A stretch of DNA of 63,997 bases, counting the filler, from Catajapyx aquilonaris (Eukaryota), in the NCBI GenBank assembly GCA_000934665.2. It is 3 parts of 3 records of this genome, joined end to end, with 100 filler letters (N's around TTAATTAATTAA, not from the genome) between each part and the next. Parts side by side here need not be neighbours in the genome. Positions count along the whole stretch, not along the records: positions 42,788 to 63,997 come from JYFJ02006111.1; 2 more parts are not named here. The stretch is one strand, 5' to 3'. Numbering within the stretch: position 1 is the stretch's first letter; each line of letters starts with the position of its first letter. Below, piece after piece: positions 62,454-63,997 of this stretch. Below the pieces are notes generated by a model that did not search any database, was not told where the DNA came from, and worked only from the letters and a program-made list of their open reading frames with translations. The position numbers and the translations under genes were made by a program.

Positions 62454-63435
62454 CAGGGTGTATGTGCATTCATCTGCCAAAATGATACGAGTGATACGGG
62501 GCGCGTATGGAAGAAGCATGCCGTGGGTCCGAAAGGCCGGCGACGACGATGTGTATCCGGACAGGTATGGATACCCCCGTACATGCCTGCATTGCTGGTT
62601 GCTGGAGTCAGGCCGGTTGAGAAACGTCTCACAACCAAAGTGACTCTTCTTACCCTCCTGAATTTCGAAAATTTTTGGATTTTCTAATTCTGCTTGGCCT
62701 ATAGTGTTGAGTAAACATCACTCCCGCTGCTAATTTCCACGTTAGCAGGGTGAAAATATACAGCCAAAAAGTGATGTTCCGAAGCCACAACACTTGCATC
62801 CGGTCGCGAGTCGCCGGCCGGCGCCTGCAACGAGGCATAAATAGGGTACAGGCTGGCCGTAAAGGTCCGCCATCTTTGATGGTTTTGGCGGCCAGGCCAT
62901 GGCACTTCACGGCAATAACACGCGCGAATTTGAATATTTTTGCCGTAGGAGCTCATTTAATGCACTTTTCTACGTATTAATTCCGTAAGTACGGCAAAAA
63001 AGTGCCACGGCCCGGTCGCCAAAACCATCAAAGATGGCGGACCGTTATGCCTGCCTGCACCCTATTCATCCCTCGTTGGCTATGGCCGGCGACTCGCGAC
63101 CGGATGCAAGTGTTGTGGCTTCGGAACATCGCCTTTTGGCTGTATTTTCACCCTACTAACGTGGAAATTAGCAGCGGAGGTGATGTTTTCTCAACACTAT
63201 AGGCCAAGCAGAATTAAAAAATACAAAAAATTTCAAAATTCAGGAGGGTAAGAAGAGTTACTTTGGTTGTCGGAGGAGAGCGAGCCCCTGGCCTCTCAAG
63301 ATAGACATCGTCGATGTCAAAGGTCGACATCTCCAAAATAGATCGTCGCTTGCCTTTCGGACCCATGCCATGCCTTTACCATAAGCACCCCCTACCATCG
63401 GTATCATATAGGCAGATGAATTCGTATACACCCTG
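62454..63435. mobile_element. 982-bp Tc1/mariner-type foldback element
   Basis: TA|CAGGGTGTAT ... ATACACCCTG|TA; ~95-bp outer and ~280-bp inner (62630-62908 / 63001-63270) inverted arms. Confidence 0.9.
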
Positions 63436-63791
63436 TATTCAGTGTGTTTCTCACTAGTGAGTCGTCCGACTGGCAGCGTACCCCTTGGCCCAACTCAATA
63501 GAAACATGCAAAGGAGGGAGACCACCAGAAAAATTCGCCTGCCCCTAGACACAGTCACGCAGCAGAGTACTTCAACATTTGGTAGGCAGAACAGCCAGTG
63601 AATATCCAATAGTTGCATAAAGAGCAGGATATGAGAGATAATAAATTGTTACTGTGGCAGAGATAACTACATGTATTCAATAAATATGTTATCAGAACCA
63701 AAAAGTGTGAAACAGTCTTTCCAGTTAAAAATAGTTCCAAATCACGACTGAAAAAAATATTAAAGTTGTACTAGGAAGAGGAATGAATCTA

Positions 63792-63997
63792 CAGGGTGTT
63801 ACCGGTAACTCTGCCTAAAATCACAGGGTGGGTAGAGGCCCCATAGGCAAGTATTTTGAGCTTCGGTACCCATGTCCGGAAATGCCCCCCTACGGGGGTA
63901 CGGCCGTTTCCACCTTTGGTCTGTCGCACCTGGTGGGTAGGCAACCCACCGTACTCGAAGCTTGCGTTCATCAGGTGTGTCGCGTATGGAGTAGACG
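63792..63997. mobile_element. Left end of another CAGGGTG-type element (runs off the window)
   Basis: TA|CAGGGTGTTACCGGTAAC. Confidence 0.45.

Overview
Eukaryotic, repeat-rich genomic DNA from an arthropod, probably an insect (inferred from (TTAGG)n tracts and insect-type gene motifs). It consists of three contigs joined by artificial 100-bp N/TTAATTAATTAA linkers (21294-21393, 42688-42787). Two host genes can be supported, and they are convergent. On + are the last two coding exons of Hsc70-interacting protein (ST13/HIP). On - is an otopetrin proton-channel gene with 8 phase-consistent exons plus a probable first exon; it has a GC-AG intron and altered IEYS/FYR motifs. Everything else recognisable is non-coding or transposon-derived: tRNA-headed SINEs with swapped modules (one with a V-domain-like body), many TA-flanked Tc1/mariner/pogo MITEs and foldbacks, hAT MITEs, piggyBac-like ends, TTAGG-carrying dispersed elements, and fossil Tc1 and Harbinger transposases. 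There is also a TRM112 exon fragment and a family of three 8-bp-TSD foldback elements whose arms co-vary. Most ORFs in the supplied track are spurious. All alignments were done by eye, and family assignments rest on recalled motifs, not searches. No clearly novel multi-gene system is evident. The best leads are the co-varying foldback family, the modular SINEs, the captured TRM112 exon and the divergent otopetrin.
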